A DNA stretch of 64,000 nt from Obrimoposthia wandeli (taxonomy: Eukaryota), in the NCBI GenBank assembly GCA_977020255.1, contig CDROCS010000410.1:372001-436000 (forward strand), in the 5' to 3' direction. The notes beneath the pieces were generated by a model, which searched no databases, was not told the origin of the DNA, and saw only the letters and a list, made by a program, of their open reading frames with translations. Positions 42,730 to 53,027 of the stretch are shown one piece after another. The stretch's first letter is position 1, and each line of letters starts with the position of its first letter. The position numbers and the translations under genes were made by a program.

Positions 42730-44271
42730 TTGAAAGCACTTAATCTGATACTGACCACCAGTGAACACAGTAAATCGCGGGCAAAATACTTATTAATTGC
42801 CGATGCTTTAAGGCAAGCGATTAAACAGGGACAAGTCGCGCCAAGCGAAGCACTACCCTCGGCACGCCAACTAGCCGCACAGTTAAATGTTAACCGCCAT
42901 ACAATCATGGCGGCAGTCGCAGAACTTGTTGCCCAAGGCTGGGTTGAGGCCAAAGAACGTTCCGGTTATCGCGTTGTTAAACAGTTACCGATCCAAACTA
43001 GCCAGTCGTTAATAAGCACGGCGTCAAACACCATTAACAGCACCTCACAAAACAGCACCTCAAAAAACAACAGCGCACTGAAGAATGACACAGTCATTAC
43101 ACCGTCCTTTAACTGGCAGTTTCGCTATAAAAATACAGCAACAATCAGCGATACTAAAAACCCCAGTGCCTATCAATATAACTTTGCAGGGGGTCAGCCT
43201 GATAACCGCCTGTTTCCATTTTCTGAATTTAAACACTGTTTTTCACAGCTCTGCCAAAGACCACAATTTGATAAATTAGGTTACGGCGCAAGTGCTGGTG
43301 AAGCTGAATTAACAGAGCAGATTGCCACCTACTTACGCCGTGTTAGATCTATTACAGACAAAGAAATAATGATTTGTAATGGCTCGCAAGAAGGTTTGTA
43401 TATGGTCTCTAAGCTGTTGCTGCAAGCCGGTGATAAAGTTGCGGTGGAACAATTCGGTTATCCACCAGCTTGGGCTGCATTTAAAAGTTCAGGGGCTGAA
43501 CTCGTTATTATCGAACAAGATGATAAAGGCATAATCCCCGCACAGTTAGCGACTCAACTTATCAAGGGTGACATTAAACTTATCTATCTAACGCCCTTAC
43601 ACCAATACCCGACGACAGTGACTTTAGCCGTCAGTCGCCGTTTGCAAATATATCAATTGGCCGCGCAGTATGGTGTGGCGATTATCGAAGATGATTATGA
43701 CCATGAATTTCATTACGACTCACAACCACTAGCACCAATGGCTGCCGATGATCCTCTAGGCTTAGTGATCTATATTTCGACCTTCTCAAAACTAATGTTC
43801 GGGGGTGTTCGAGTTGGCTATGTGGTGGCCAATAATGAATTGATAACCCAGCTCAGTGCTTACAAAGCCTTAATGAATCATAAGAATAATGTGTTGATCC
43901 AACAAGCGGTGGCAAAATGGATGCAACAAGATGGGTTTGAAAGTCATTTAAGACGAATGACTCGCTGTTACCATAAACGCCGCGACTTCTTAGTCAGCCT
44001 ATTGCGGGATTATCAACGACAAGGCCTACCAATCAACTTTAATTGCCCTGCTGGCGGGATGGCACTGTGGGTTGATATGGGCGTATCTATTGTCGGACTC
44101 AAGCAAAAATTACAAACCAAAAACGTATATTTACAGACCGAGATTGAATTTAATTTATTAACAGAGCAAGACGACTCACAATATCGTTTTATTCGAATCG
44201 GTTTTGCATCCATGGATGAAAACGAAGTCACGCAAGGCATGAAAATTATCACCCAGACATTGTACGGTTAA
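42730..44271 (+). CDS. MocR/GntR regulator with PLP-aminotransferase domain; start uncertain
   Basis: LPSARQLA..L.VNRHT; YLTP.HQYPT, IIEDDYD, STFSK, RVGY. Confidence 0.92.
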   Translation: MKALNLILTTSEHSKSRAKYLLIADALRQAIKQGQVAPSEALPSARQLAAQLNVNRHTIMAAVAELVAQGWVEAKERSGYRVVKQLPIQTSQSLISTASNTINSTSQNSTSKNNSALKNDTVITPSFNWQFRYKNTATISDTKNPSAYQYNFAGGQPDNRLFPFSEFKHCFSQLCQRPQFDKLGYGASAGEAELTEQIATYLRRVRSITDKEIMICNGSQEGLYMVSKLLLQAGDKVAVEQFGYPPAWAAFKSSGAELVIIEQDDKGIIPAQLATQLIKGDIKLIYLTPLHQYPTTVTLAVSRRLQIYQLAAQYGVAIIEDDYDHEFHYDSQPLAPMAADDPLGLVIYISTFSKLMFGGVRVGYVVANNELITQLSAYKALMNHKNNVLIQQAVAKWMQQDGFESHLRRMTRCYHKRRDFLVSLLRDYQRQGLPINFNCPAGGMALWVDMGVSIVGLKQKLQTKNVYLQTEIEFNLLTEQDDSQYRFIRIGFASMDENEVTQGMKIITQTLYG

Positions 44272-44302
44272 CTTAAGTTGTATATAAATTTGCCAATAAG
44301 GA

Positions 44303-44363
44303 AAAGGCACAGGCACAGGCACAGGCTTTCTATGATTCAGAAGATAGTAGATAGTAGATAGTA
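44303..44363. repeat. Short tandem repeats (aggcac x3; agatagt x3)
   Basis: Direct reading of the MocR-recX intergenic region. Confidence 0.7.
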
Positions 44364-44488
44364 AAGAGTTATCTAAGTTGAGGAATAACCTCTTCAAACC
44401 CAGTTAGAATTAACCGCATCAATAATCTAGATAAAGCGTATAATATAAGATCACTCAAAAACAATATGCTTAAGGTAGGCTAAAAAAC

Positions 44489-45295
44489 ATGCTGCAAAAA
44501 GAACTCAGACAAGCAAAAGCAATTGAGAATGTGTATAACTCGGCATATTGGCATTTAGCGCAAAAAGATTACACGCTTGCAGAAGTACGCGCCAAGCTTG
44601 AGCGAAAAACAGAAAATCAAGACTGGGTAGAAACGGTACTAGCCGACCTCATTGAGAAAGGTTACATCAAAAGCGATTTTGACTTTGCAATGCGTTTTGC
44701 TGAGTCTGCGTTTCATAATGAGCAAGGTAAATCAGCAATCACTCGTAAGTTACGTGCTCGCGGTGTAGGTCAAAAAGAAATAGCAGAAGCTATCGAACAG
44801 GTTATGTATGATGAAGAAATCGATCAATTCGCCCTCGCCGAGTCACGCTTAAGCAATACATTTCAAAACTTCCACAATACTACCAAAGAAAAAGTCTACT
44901 CTCAGTTCACCACCAAAGGCTTTTCACGCGCCGAAATTGACCATGCTCTGTCGATGCACCCAGAAAAAGACACATTAAGAAGTAAACTCGAAGTCAAAGC
45001 TGAAAAGGCAGACTTAAGTAAAGAAATCATGAAACTGTACCGCAAGGGGAAAGGCAAACGAGTGATACTTAATGAATTGCGTAAAAAGCTCATTGACGTG
45101 GAAGAGTTTGATAGCCTGATTGATCAACTTGAAGAAGCTGGCGACATCGATTTTTATCAAAGCTGTATCGATGTGTTGGCCAAAAAACGCCTTGATATTA
45201 AGAGTGGCGCAGGAAAGTCGAAAGCTTATGCTTATCTATCTGGTAAAGGTTTTGATTCAGACCAAATTAAAGAAGCCCTGAATCCATCTGATTAG
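44489..45295 (+). CDS. recX: RecX-family regulatory protein (long form)
   Basis: AYWHLAQKDYT..EVR.KL, YIKSD.DFA..F, KLRARGV, repeated three-helix units ending L..KGF. Confidence 0.8.
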   Translation: MLQKELRQAKAIENVYNSAYWHLAQKDYTLAEVRAKLERKTENQDWVETVLADLIEKGYIKSDFDFAMRFAESAFHNEQGKSAITRKLRARGVGQKEIAEAIEQVMYDEEIDQFALAESRLSNTFQNFHNTTKEKVYSQFTTKGFSRAEIDHALSMHPEKDTLRSKLEVKAEKADLSKEIMKLYRKGKGKRVILNELRKKLIDVEEFDSLIDQLEEAGDIDFYQSCIDVLAKKRLDIKSGAGKSKAYAYLSGKGFDSDQIKEALNPSD

Positions 45296-45299
45296 TTAG

Positions 45300-45650
45300 C
45301 TATCTCACACTCCCGATACAGCTAGATACGCAGTGTGACTGACTAGGATCTCGTAGCTTGATGATCAATACTCGGCTTCATTAAACTTGTGTTACTGAAG
45401 TCAGTTACAAATCTGCTCGATAAAAGTCCAGTATATTACGTAAATCCGCATCTCTACATCGTTGAGGTTCGCACTTAAAATTAGACTGCATCGCTCATAT
45501 CCGCTCGGCATAATTGTGCCCCACTGGCCCGGGTCAAATTAGCGTAACGCCAACCCACAAAGATCACACTGTATTGCGTCGGCTCGTTCACCACCACCAT
45601 TCAACCATCGAGCATTTCACTAAGCTCTAATTTGGTCAATCGGTTCATTA
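45300..45650 (-). other. GC-elevated structured non-coding segment; possible IS110-type end or ncRNA relic
   Basis: About 46% GC by hand count of 45301-45600; long-range IR cagtgtga (45331-38)/tcacactg (45564-71); local hairpins; no convincing ORF. Identity is inference only. Confidence 0.3.
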
Positions 45651-45681
45651 TGAGTATTCTCATTAGTACTATTCACTCATT

Positions 45682-46038
45682 TTATGACGCCATAATTCTA
45701 CCATCAACTCTGAGCGATAAACGTAATATACAGCGCTGTGAAACTTCTTTAAAGTCGTCGTCTGGTAAAAAACGTACGGAATCAATCAATGCTTTGCAGT
45801 GAGGAGCGCTTTGCTCTTTCAAAGTATAAAATACCCACTTACCTTTCTTTTGATGATTAAGTAGCCCTGCTTTATACAGCATTTTGAGGTTACGAGACAC
45901 GTTGTATTGAGTTTCACCAATAATGTCCATCGCTTCAGCGACAGCCATACATTCATCAACATGCAGAAATAGCCAAAACAACCGTAGTCTATTCGGTTCT
46001 GATAATGCTTTTAGTGCATCAATATACTTTTCGTCCAT
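45682..46038 (-). CDS. ArsR/SmtB-family regulator
   Basis: LKALSEPNRLRL, VSRNLKML..AGL, KKGKWVFY. Confidence 0.88.
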   Translation of the reverse strand: MDEKYIDALKALSEPNRLRLFWLFLHVDECMAVAEAMDIIGETQYNVSRNLKMLYKAGLLNHQKKGKWVFYTLKEQSAPHCKALIDSVRFLPDDDFKEVSQRCILRLSLRVDGRIMAS

Positions 46039-46062
46039 CGTGCTTGTTACCTTTTAATTTAA

Positions 46063-46087
46063 AAACGCCACCATTTTAGTGGCGTTT
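46063..46087 (-). terminator. Terminator-like hairpin between permease and arsR
   Basis: aaacgccac...gtggcgttt, followed by a T-run on the - strand. Confidence 0.55.
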
Positions 46088-46139
46088 AACTTTTTTACAA
46101 CGTATTAGATGATAGCTTTACAATGTATCGGAAGATAGC

Positions 46140-47060
46140 TTATACAACATATTGAAAAATAGTACCGCCAATGATGGCTGTTGTTAACACTATACCCACA
46201 AACGCAATCACCGCTTTTCTTTTAAGCACCGATGATACTAACGCAATTTCAGGCAAACTCGCACCTGTACCACCAATGATTAATGAGATTGCAGCGCCCA
46301 TTCCCATTCCCTTAGCAATCAGAACATTAAGTAAAGGAATAGCCATTTCAATCCGTAGATAAAGTGGAATACCAATCAGTGAAGCAACAACGATAGAGTA
46401 GAAACTATCACCACCCACATACTCCTCGACCAAGTCAGCAGGTAAGTATGCCGCAGAGAATCCACTAATTGCCGCACCTAATAGCACATATGGAATGATT
46501 CTTTTGAACAAAGAAAACGCCCCAGCCATCGCATTACGCATTCTTGATGTTGGAGAAGGAATTGCCCCACATGTATTAGTTTCATTGTCACTACACCCTT
46601 TGCTCTTTGTATCTTCTAACTCACCAGCACGTTTAATCTCATTCCTCCAAGGCGATTTAGAAATCAAAAAACCACCAAGAACTGCAGCAGTAAATGTGAT
46701 CAAGAAATAAATAACGGTGACCTTTAAGCCGAATGCGGCATAAACCATCGCTAATACAATGAAGTTACACAGTGGTGCTGAAATGATGAAACTCATCACT
46801 GTACCAAGTGAAGCACCCATTGATGCCATCGCCATCGTGACAGGTACAACAGCCGCACTACAAAATGGTGTCAGCATACCAAAAAGTGCACCCAACAAGG
46901 TTCCCCACTTATCATGCTTGGTTATTGCAGCTTGGAGTTTATCTTGAGGAATATACTCACGCATTAAACCCGTTATCACCGACACAATCGCAATAATAAC
47001 AACAAGGCCTTTAGCAACATAAAAAAATTCATTTAACGCAATAATTAATTTAGCATCCAC
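46140..47060 (-). CDS. DUF318/ArsP-family permease; probable GTG start at 47060
   Basis: FGMLTPFCS..VP, SFIISAPL.N, GIPLY, IGGTGASLPE. Confidence 0.87.
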   Translation of the reverse strand: MDAKLIIALNEFFYVAKGLVVIIAIVSVITGLMREYIPQDKLQAAITKHDKWGTLLGALFGMLTPFCSAAVVPVTMAMASMGASLGTVMSFIISAPLCNFIVLAMVYAAFGLKVTVIYFLITFTAAVLGGFLISKSPWRNEIKRAGELEDTKSKGCSDNETNTCGAIPSPTSRMRNAMAGAFSLFKRIIPYVLLGAAISGFSAAYLPADLVEEYVGGDSFYSIVVASLIGIPLYLRIEMAIPLLNVLIAKGMGMGAAISLIIGGTGASLPEIALVSSVLKRKAVIAFVGIVLTTAIIGGTIFQYVV

Positions 47061-47350
47061 AACGGTGGTCTCTAGTAAGTAAAAACAGAGCTCATCATAT
47101 ACACACATGCACAAACGCGCAAGTATGCATCCATAATTTATTGGCAAAAATAATGAATCCAAAGCAGAGCGCTGGATTTGCTTATGTCTGTTGCGGTAAA
47201 AACTTTCAAAATTAGTGAATAACTGGTGTTTATTTAGCTAATCAAGTTTTCAAAGGCATTTAGTGACGATAAATTTAGCCCTAAGGCACAAACTTTGTTA
47301 TACACTGGCGTCACAATGATAAAGTTCAAAATATAATGAAGGAATAGACA

Positions 47351-47515
47351 ATGACAAACGAACATACACATGGCGAAGAAGGCCACGTACACGGTCCAGG
47401 TTGTAGCCACCACCACGCTCAAGCACCTATCGTAAGAGATGGCGCTAAAGTAGGTCGTAACGATCCTTGCTCATGTAACAGTGGTAAGAAATTTAAGAAG
47501 TGTTGTGGTAAATAA
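47351..47515 (+). CDS. Small SEC-C zinc-binding protein with His-rich N-terminus (54 aa)
   Basis: Read by hand: [54 protein letters not shown]; AAGGA RBS. Below the track cutoff. Confidence 0.92.
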   Translation: MTNEHTHGEEGHVHGPGCSHHHAQAPIVRDGAKVGRNDPCSCNSGKKFKKCCGK

Positions 47516-47627
47516 TCACACGCTTTATTAAATGCGCTTTTGACTAACGCGGTAGACGTACTAAATTAGTTTAAAGTAGTACGGACAATAACGAATACGA
47601 ATAATCGCACTCGTTATTACCCATACT

Positions 47628-47716
47628 AAAAAGCCCCCACAGCAATTCTCTTTCCCTTTCCCTTTCTATATATAGAGAGTGATAGAGAGATGAAGAAAAC
47701 GCTGTGGGGGCTTTTT
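47628..47716. terminator. Bidirectional terminator with long loop
   Basis: Perfect 16-bp IR aaaaagcccccacagc / gctgtgggggcttttt between convergent genes. Confidence 0.75.
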
Positions 47717-47737
47717 GCTAACTGGGATTTAAAAATC

Positions 47738-48670
47738 CTAGCCGTCTGCAGTGATCTTAGCAATAAGTTCTTGTTGTACAGTTTCAGCTTTAGTCGTTTC
47801 AATCTGGCAAGTACCAGCAGCGATATGACCACCACCGCCATAGCTAAGCATTAACTCACCTACGTTAGTCTTCGAATCACGGTCAAAGATAGACTTACCC
47901 GTAGCAAACACGATGTTCTGCTTTTGGAAGCCCCACATCTTATGAATAGAGATATTGCACTGTGGGAATAACGCGTAAATCATGAAGCGGTTACCGGCGA
48001 AAATAGTCTCTTCATCCGTTAAATCAAGTAACACTAAATTATCATGTACTGTTGCACAACGTTCAACTTGTTGTTTAAACATTGTCTCGTGTTCACGATA
48101 TAAATCAATACGCTCTTTTACATCAGGTAATGCCAGAATGTCGTCAATGTCGTGATCTTTACAATAATCAATCAGATCCATCATCAAAGCATAATTGGAA
48201 ATACGGAATTCACGGAAACGTCCTAACCCAGTTCGTGCATCCATCAGGAAGTTCATTAGGTTCCAGCCCTGTGAATTTAAGACTTCATCACGATTAAACT
48301 GTGCAGAGTCACCTTTATCAACGGCCTCCATCATTTCAACCCACTGCGCAGGGAATGTGTCTAGACCACCATAATAGTCCCACACTACACGTGCCGCTGA
48401 AGGTGCATCTGGATCAATGATGTGATTAGCACGTTCGCCAGTATTACGGATAGTTTCTGAAAGATGGTGATCGAAAGTCAAAAAAGCACTTTTAACATAA
48501 GGTAGGTTTGTGACGATATCATTCGGGGTAATATCAATTTTCCCGTCTTGCATATCTTTAGGATGAACAAATTTAATGTCACTGATAAGATTTTGCTGTT
48601 TTAAAAGTACCGCACACACCAAACCATCAAAATCACTGCGCGTTACTAATCTATATTTTTGTTCTGACAT
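47738..48670 (-). CDS. DHH-like exopolyphosphatase/nanoRNase-related phosphoesterase
   Basis: RLVTRSDFDGL.CA.LL, FDHH, APSAARVV, GGGGHIAAGTCQ. Confidence 0.82.
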   Translation of the reverse strand: MSEQKYRLVTRSDFDGLVCAVLLKQQNLISDIKFVHPKDMQDGKIDITPNDIVTNLPYVKSAFLTFDHHLSETIRNTGERANHIIDPDAPSAARVVWDYYGGLDTFPAQWVEMMEAVDKGDSAQFNRDEVLNSQGWNLMNFLMDARTGLGRFREFRISNYALMMDLIDYCKDHDIDDILALPDVKERIDLYREHETMFKQQVERCATVHDNLVLLDLTDEETIFAGNRFMIYALFPQCNISIHKMWGFQKQNIVFATGKSIFDRDSKTNVGELMLSYGGGGHIAAGTCQIETTKAETVQQELIAKITADG

Positions 48671-48947
48671 CTTCATTCCTTTGTCACATAAGTTTAAACC
48701 TAAGATGACTAAAGATAACCGTATAGAAGAGTTAGAATCAAGCGGAGATTACCCAAGATCGCAGTTGTAGTTGCCCAAGCTTGATCTCACGCGCAAAACA
48801 AGCTCAAGATGGGTGAATAATCAGCATTATTTTCACCCTCTCGTTAAATTAATTTCATCTAGAATTCACCAAATACCCTAGCTATATTAAGGGCATAGTA
48901 AAGGTATTAGTGAATCAATATTAAAACGAATAACATCATATATTAAT

Positions 48948-49274
48948 TTATTTCAACTTCACGACATCACCCGATACTGTGGTCTGATAACCGTTCAATA
49001 TCCAGGCCCAGAACCAATCTTCTTGCACTTCTACATTAATAAGAGCATCACCGCCTTGCGATTCAATCGCCGCTTTTTGGGCGCGTACGAAACGGTCATT
49101 TTGTTGGATCGGAATAAACTGAAATAACATGATGCCAGTTGCTGTCGCCTGACCAGGACCAATAACGGTATATTCCGTTTCATCAAGATTTTGCGTTTTC
49201 ATTGATGTGCCCGAACAACCGACTAAAATTAGCGCAGACAATAAAATAGTGCTTAATGCTTTTACCATTTTCAT
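48948..49274 (-). CDS. Small lipoprotein of unknown function
   Basis: Lipobox LVG-C; A.AI...GGDAL.NV motif typical of small Bor/TRL/YbjQ-like lipoproteins. Confidence 0.72.
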   Translation of the reverse strand: MKMVKALSTILLSALILVGCSGTSMKTQNLDETEYTVIGPGQATATGIMLFQFIPIQQNDRFVRAQKAAIESQGGDALINVEVQEDWFWAWILNGYQTTVSGDVVKLK

Positions 49275-49711
49275 TAACAAACTCCCTTAGTGTAAATAAA
49301 GGCTGTAGATGTGTTGTTAAAACCTATCAATAACCTCAGTCTTTCTAAGTCTAGGCAGCGCTTATTATAAAGCCCACTGTCACCAACAATAATTATCAGG
49401 AAGTCGCCTATTTAGGCATATAGTGTGATTCACCAGTCGTTTTTAACTGCAATAGCTGTCATTTTTAACCGTAAGAGCATGGCAAGTTCACCTTTATTAC
49501 CTTTAATTCCAATTAAAAATAATGACTAACTAAGCCACACTTTAGTGTGACAAGCAGCTACTACTGACGGCAGCAAAAGTTTAATTTATTTGTAACACTT
49601 TATTAATCTTCTTTAACTTGGTATAAACATAGTTAATATACTTAGTTAGGTGGTAATTTAAAATTTAAGCCTAACTACTGTAGTTATATTAGAATTTTAA
49701 AGGGAATTAAT

Positions 49712-51835
49712 ATGCGTTCGTTATCAGTGCAATGGAAAATCACATTGCTTTCTGGCTGTTGTATTTTAGTCGTAGCAATATCACTAATCGGCTTTACATT
49801 TTCATCATCAACTACCAATCAAAAAATCATTCAGGTTCAAACCAGTAATTCTGTCGGTGAAAAGTCCGAGCAGCTACTCATCAGCGGAGCGAGTACGCAA
49901 GCCTCACTAGTGCAAAAATATTTAGATGAAGCAGCATATCGCGCAGAAATGCTCGCCGAAAGTATTGCTTTCGTGCAGTACAATGCCGAAGACAACTTTA
50001 CCAGTAGTGATGAATTACGAGATTCAGTCTCGGAGTTATTAAAACGCTCAGTACTAAATTTCGATAATATGCACGCCGCTTTTACGACTTTCAGACCTGA
50101 CATGCTCGACGGTGAAGATGCTAATTATACCGATGCTGATTATGTCAGTTCTAATGATCAAGGCCGCTTTTCTGCTTATTGGTTTAAGAACAACGAAAAT
50201 GACCCTAAATTAATAATCAAAACAGAACAACAGATTAATGACACAGCAAAATCCGCCAATGGCCAAGCAAACAACTATTGGTATACCTGCAGCATTAACA
50301 ATAAACGTATGTGTGTCATTGAACCTTACTTATACAATGAAAATGGCGCATCTCATTTAGTCAGTACCATCACAGTACCAATACGCAAGCAAGGCGAAAT
50401 TATAGGCGTAACCGGTATCGACTTGAAAATAGATGTACTGCAAGACTTTGCTCAGCGTGCAGACCAAGCTTTGTTTGCTGGCGCAGGTAAAGTGCAAATT
50501 GTGAGTAATTACGGCCAACTTGTCGCATCTGATGCTAAAAATGCCGCTATAGGCCAAAAAGTCTCAAATCCTCAATTAACACAATGGCTAGCCAAAGGGG
50601 TTACGCAATCGCAATGGAGTGGCGATCAGCAGTCTTTAACGGTATTCATGCCAATCAAGCTAAGCACGATTAATTGGGGCATTATCATTACGATGCCAAG
50701 AGATATCGTTCTGGCGGATGCATTAGCACTGAATAAACTCATTGAAGAGCAAGCCAACGAAACACTGAGCACGCAAATCATCGCCGGTGTGATTGTTACC
50801 CTACTCGGCTTACTGATTATTTGGTTTGCAGCAGTGAAACTAGTGGCTCCGATTAAAGCCGTGGCTAATCGCTTACAAGATATCGCCTCTGGCGAAGGTG
50901 ATTTAACCCAACGACTTGAAGTAACATCGAGCGATGAAATTGGCGAATTAGCCACTTGGTTCAACCGCTTTTTAGATAAGATCCAAGGCACGATTAAAGA
51001 AGTTATCGAAACGTCTAATACCATCAGCAATACCTCGAAACAAGCTGAGGAAATCGCAGAGCAGTCACGTCAAGGCTGTGAATCACAATTTAAAGAAGTG
51101 GATATGGTAGCAACAGCGTCTGAAGAGATGACGCAAACATCTGCATTAGTATTAGAAAATGCCGACAGAGCCGCTGAAATGGCGAGTCAAGCAGAGCAAC
51201 TCGCGCAAGGTGGTCAAACGGTTGTGCAGCAATCTGCAGATACGATGCAAGAATTAGTCGAAAGAATGGCCATGGCAGTGCCAATCGCGAATGAGTTGGA
51301 AAAAAACAGCGGCAACATTAGTTCTATATTATCTGTGATTGAAGGTATTTCTGAACAAACCAACCTACTCGCGCTGAATGCCGCTATTGAAGCAGCAAGA
51401 GCCGGTGAACAAGGTCGAGGTTTTGCTGTGGTTGCCGATGAAGTTAGGCTACTAGCAAGCCGTACGCATGATTCTGTCGATGAAATTAGAGTGGTTATCA
51501 ATGAGCTACAATCCGGTACTCGCAGCGTAACAACCGCGATATCAGAAGGTAATCACCTTGCCCTTGAAACTGCGACGCAAGTGAAACAAGCCGTAGATAG
51601 TTTGGCAAATATCTCATCATTCGTGGCTGATATTCAAGTAATGAATAGCGAAATTGTGAATGCTGCCAGCGAGCAAAAAACAGTATCGACAGAAGTGAAT
51701 GGTAACGTTGCGAATATCCGCGACCTGAGCCAGTCAATGTTAGAACAATCTACAGCAGCAGAAAAAGTCGGTCAGAATATTGCCCAGCTATCATCGCAAC
51801 AACAGGCACTGGTTGGTCAGTTTAAAGTAGACTAA
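49712..51835 (+). CDS. Methyl-accepting chemotaxis protein (dCache + HAMP)
   Basis: Two TM segments, EPY/YW..C Cache motifs, GEGDLTQRL...[35 protein letters not shown]. Confidence 0.95.
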   Translation: MRSLSVQWKITLLSGCCILVVAISLIGFTFSSSTTNQKIIQVQTSNSVGEKSEQLLISGASTQASLVQKYLDEAAYRAEMLAESIAFVQYNAEDNFTSSDELRDSVSELLKRSVLNFDNMHAAFTTFRPDMLDGEDANYTDADYVSSNDQGRFSAYWFKNNENDPKLIIKTEQQINDTAKSANGQANNYWYTCSINNKRMCVIEPYLYNENGASHLVSTITVPIRKQGEIIGVTGIDLKIDVLQDFAQRADQALFAGAGKVQIVSNYGQLVASDAKNAAIGQKVSNPQLTQWLAKGVTQSQWSGDQQSLTVFMPIKLSTINWGIIITMPRDIVLADALALNKLIEEQANETLSTQIIAGVIVTLLGLLIIWFAAVKLVAPIKAVANRLQDIASGEGDLTQRLEVTSSDEIGELATWFNRFLDKIQGTIKEVIETSNTISNTSKQAEEIAEQSRQGCESQFKEVDMVATASEEMTQTSALVLENADRAAEMASQAEQLAQGGQTVVQQSADTMQELVERMAMAVPIANELEKNSGNISSILSVIEGISEQTNLLALNAAIEAARAGEQGRGFAVVADEVRLLASRTHDSVDEIRVVINELQSGTRSVTTAISEGNHLALETATQVKQAVDSLANISSFVADIQVMNSEIVNAASEQKTVSTEVNGNVANIRDLSQSMLEQSTAAEKVGQNIAQLSSQQQALVGQFKVD

Positions 51836-51859
51836 TAGTTAACTCGTTTTATGCATAAA

Positions 51860-51911
51860 AATAATGCCCATCATCAACCATAACGTTTGGCTGATGATGG
51901 GCATTTTATTT
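51860..51911. terminator. Bidirectional terminator
   Basis: aatgcccatcatca...tgatgatgggcatt with A/T tails, between convergent genes. Confidence 0.8.
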
Positions 51912-51940
51912 TGCTATTAATTAAAGAGTTAAACTTTAAC

Positions 51941-52798
51941 TTAAGGTCTAAGCTTCAACACAGCATCAATATCAGCTGCGCTATGACGCTCTGGGACTTG
52001 TTCCCACTCTTCGCCAAATGAGCGGTTAACAATACGCCCACGTTGCACAGCGGTTCTTTCAGAAATCATCGTCGCCCAACGCATAATATGAGTATAACTT
52101 TCGACTTGTAAGAACTCACCGGCATCATACAATTTACCTAATACTAAATTGCCATACCAAGGCCAAATAGCCATATCAGCAATACTGTACTCTTCGCCTG
52201 CGACATAGGTATGTTGAGCTAATTGTTTATCTAACACGTCTAGCTGGCGTTTCGCTTCCATTGCAAAGCGATTAATCGGGTATTCAAACTTTTCATCTGC
52301 GTAAGCATAGAAATGCCCAAAGCCACCACCTAAAAATGGTGCAGAACCTTGTGCCCAGAACAGCCAGTTAAACGTTTGCGTGCGAGCAGCCCCTGATGTT
52401 GGTAAAAACTGACCAAACTTCTCGGCTAAATGCACCAGGATTGAAGCTGATTCAAATACGTTAACGTCACCCTCACCCGATTTATCGACTAACGCAGGTA
52501 TTTTGGAGTTGGGATTAACGCTCACAAAGCCTGATGAAAATTGGTCAGCTTCGCCGATATTAATTAAATAAGCATCGTACTCGGCTTCTTTAATGCCTAA
52601 TGCTAATAGTTCTTCAAGCAAGATCGTGACTTTCTGGCCGTTCGGCGTGCCTAACGAATAAAGCTGTAAGGCATGGTTGCCTACAGGTAATTCTTGTTCA
52701 TGGGTAGCGCCAGATACTGGACGGTTAATGTTAGCCCATTTATTTCCGCCATCGGTGTTATGAACCCAAACTTTAGGTGGTGTATATTCATTTTCCAT
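51941..52798 (-). CDS. yghU: Glutathione-dependent disulfide-bond oxidoreductase
   Basis: YTPPKVW, QLYSLGTPNGQKV, NPNSKIPAL, APFLGGGFGHFY. Confidence 0.94.
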   Translation of the reverse strand: MENEYTPPKVWVHNTDGGNKWANINRPVSGATHEQELPVGNHALQLYSLGTPNGQKVTILLEELLALGIKEAEYDAYLINIGEADQFSSGFVSVNPNSKIPALVDKSGEGDVNVFESASILVHLAEKFGQFLPTSGAARTQTFNWLFWAQGSAPFLGGGFGHFYAYADEKFEYPINRFAMEAKRQLDVLDKQLAQHTYVAGEEYSIADMAIWPWYGNLVLGKLYDAGEFLQVESYTHIMRWATMISERTAVQRGRIVNRSFGEEWEQVPERHSAADIDAVLKLRP

Positions 52799-53027
52799 AA
52801 TGTTCTCTCAATGCTATTTATTTAGATGAGGTGAGTATGTCCACATATACATGAAGCTCACCTATTAGATGAAACGGCGATGCTGTCATAAAAGACTATA
52901 TTGATGTGCGATATTACTCAAGGAGTATGGGGCAATTTTGTCGACTAAGAAGATAAGCCACCCCACAGATAGTCAATTTACTGCTATCAGTGAGGTGAAG
53001 AGAGGTAGGTTGAATTAGCGATTTAAA

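Noticed and set aside
45481-45600. 39-aa minus-strand ORF MVVVNEPTQYSVIFVG...
   Set aside because: No RBS and very short. Kept only as an alternative (decayed gene) explanation for the structured segment.
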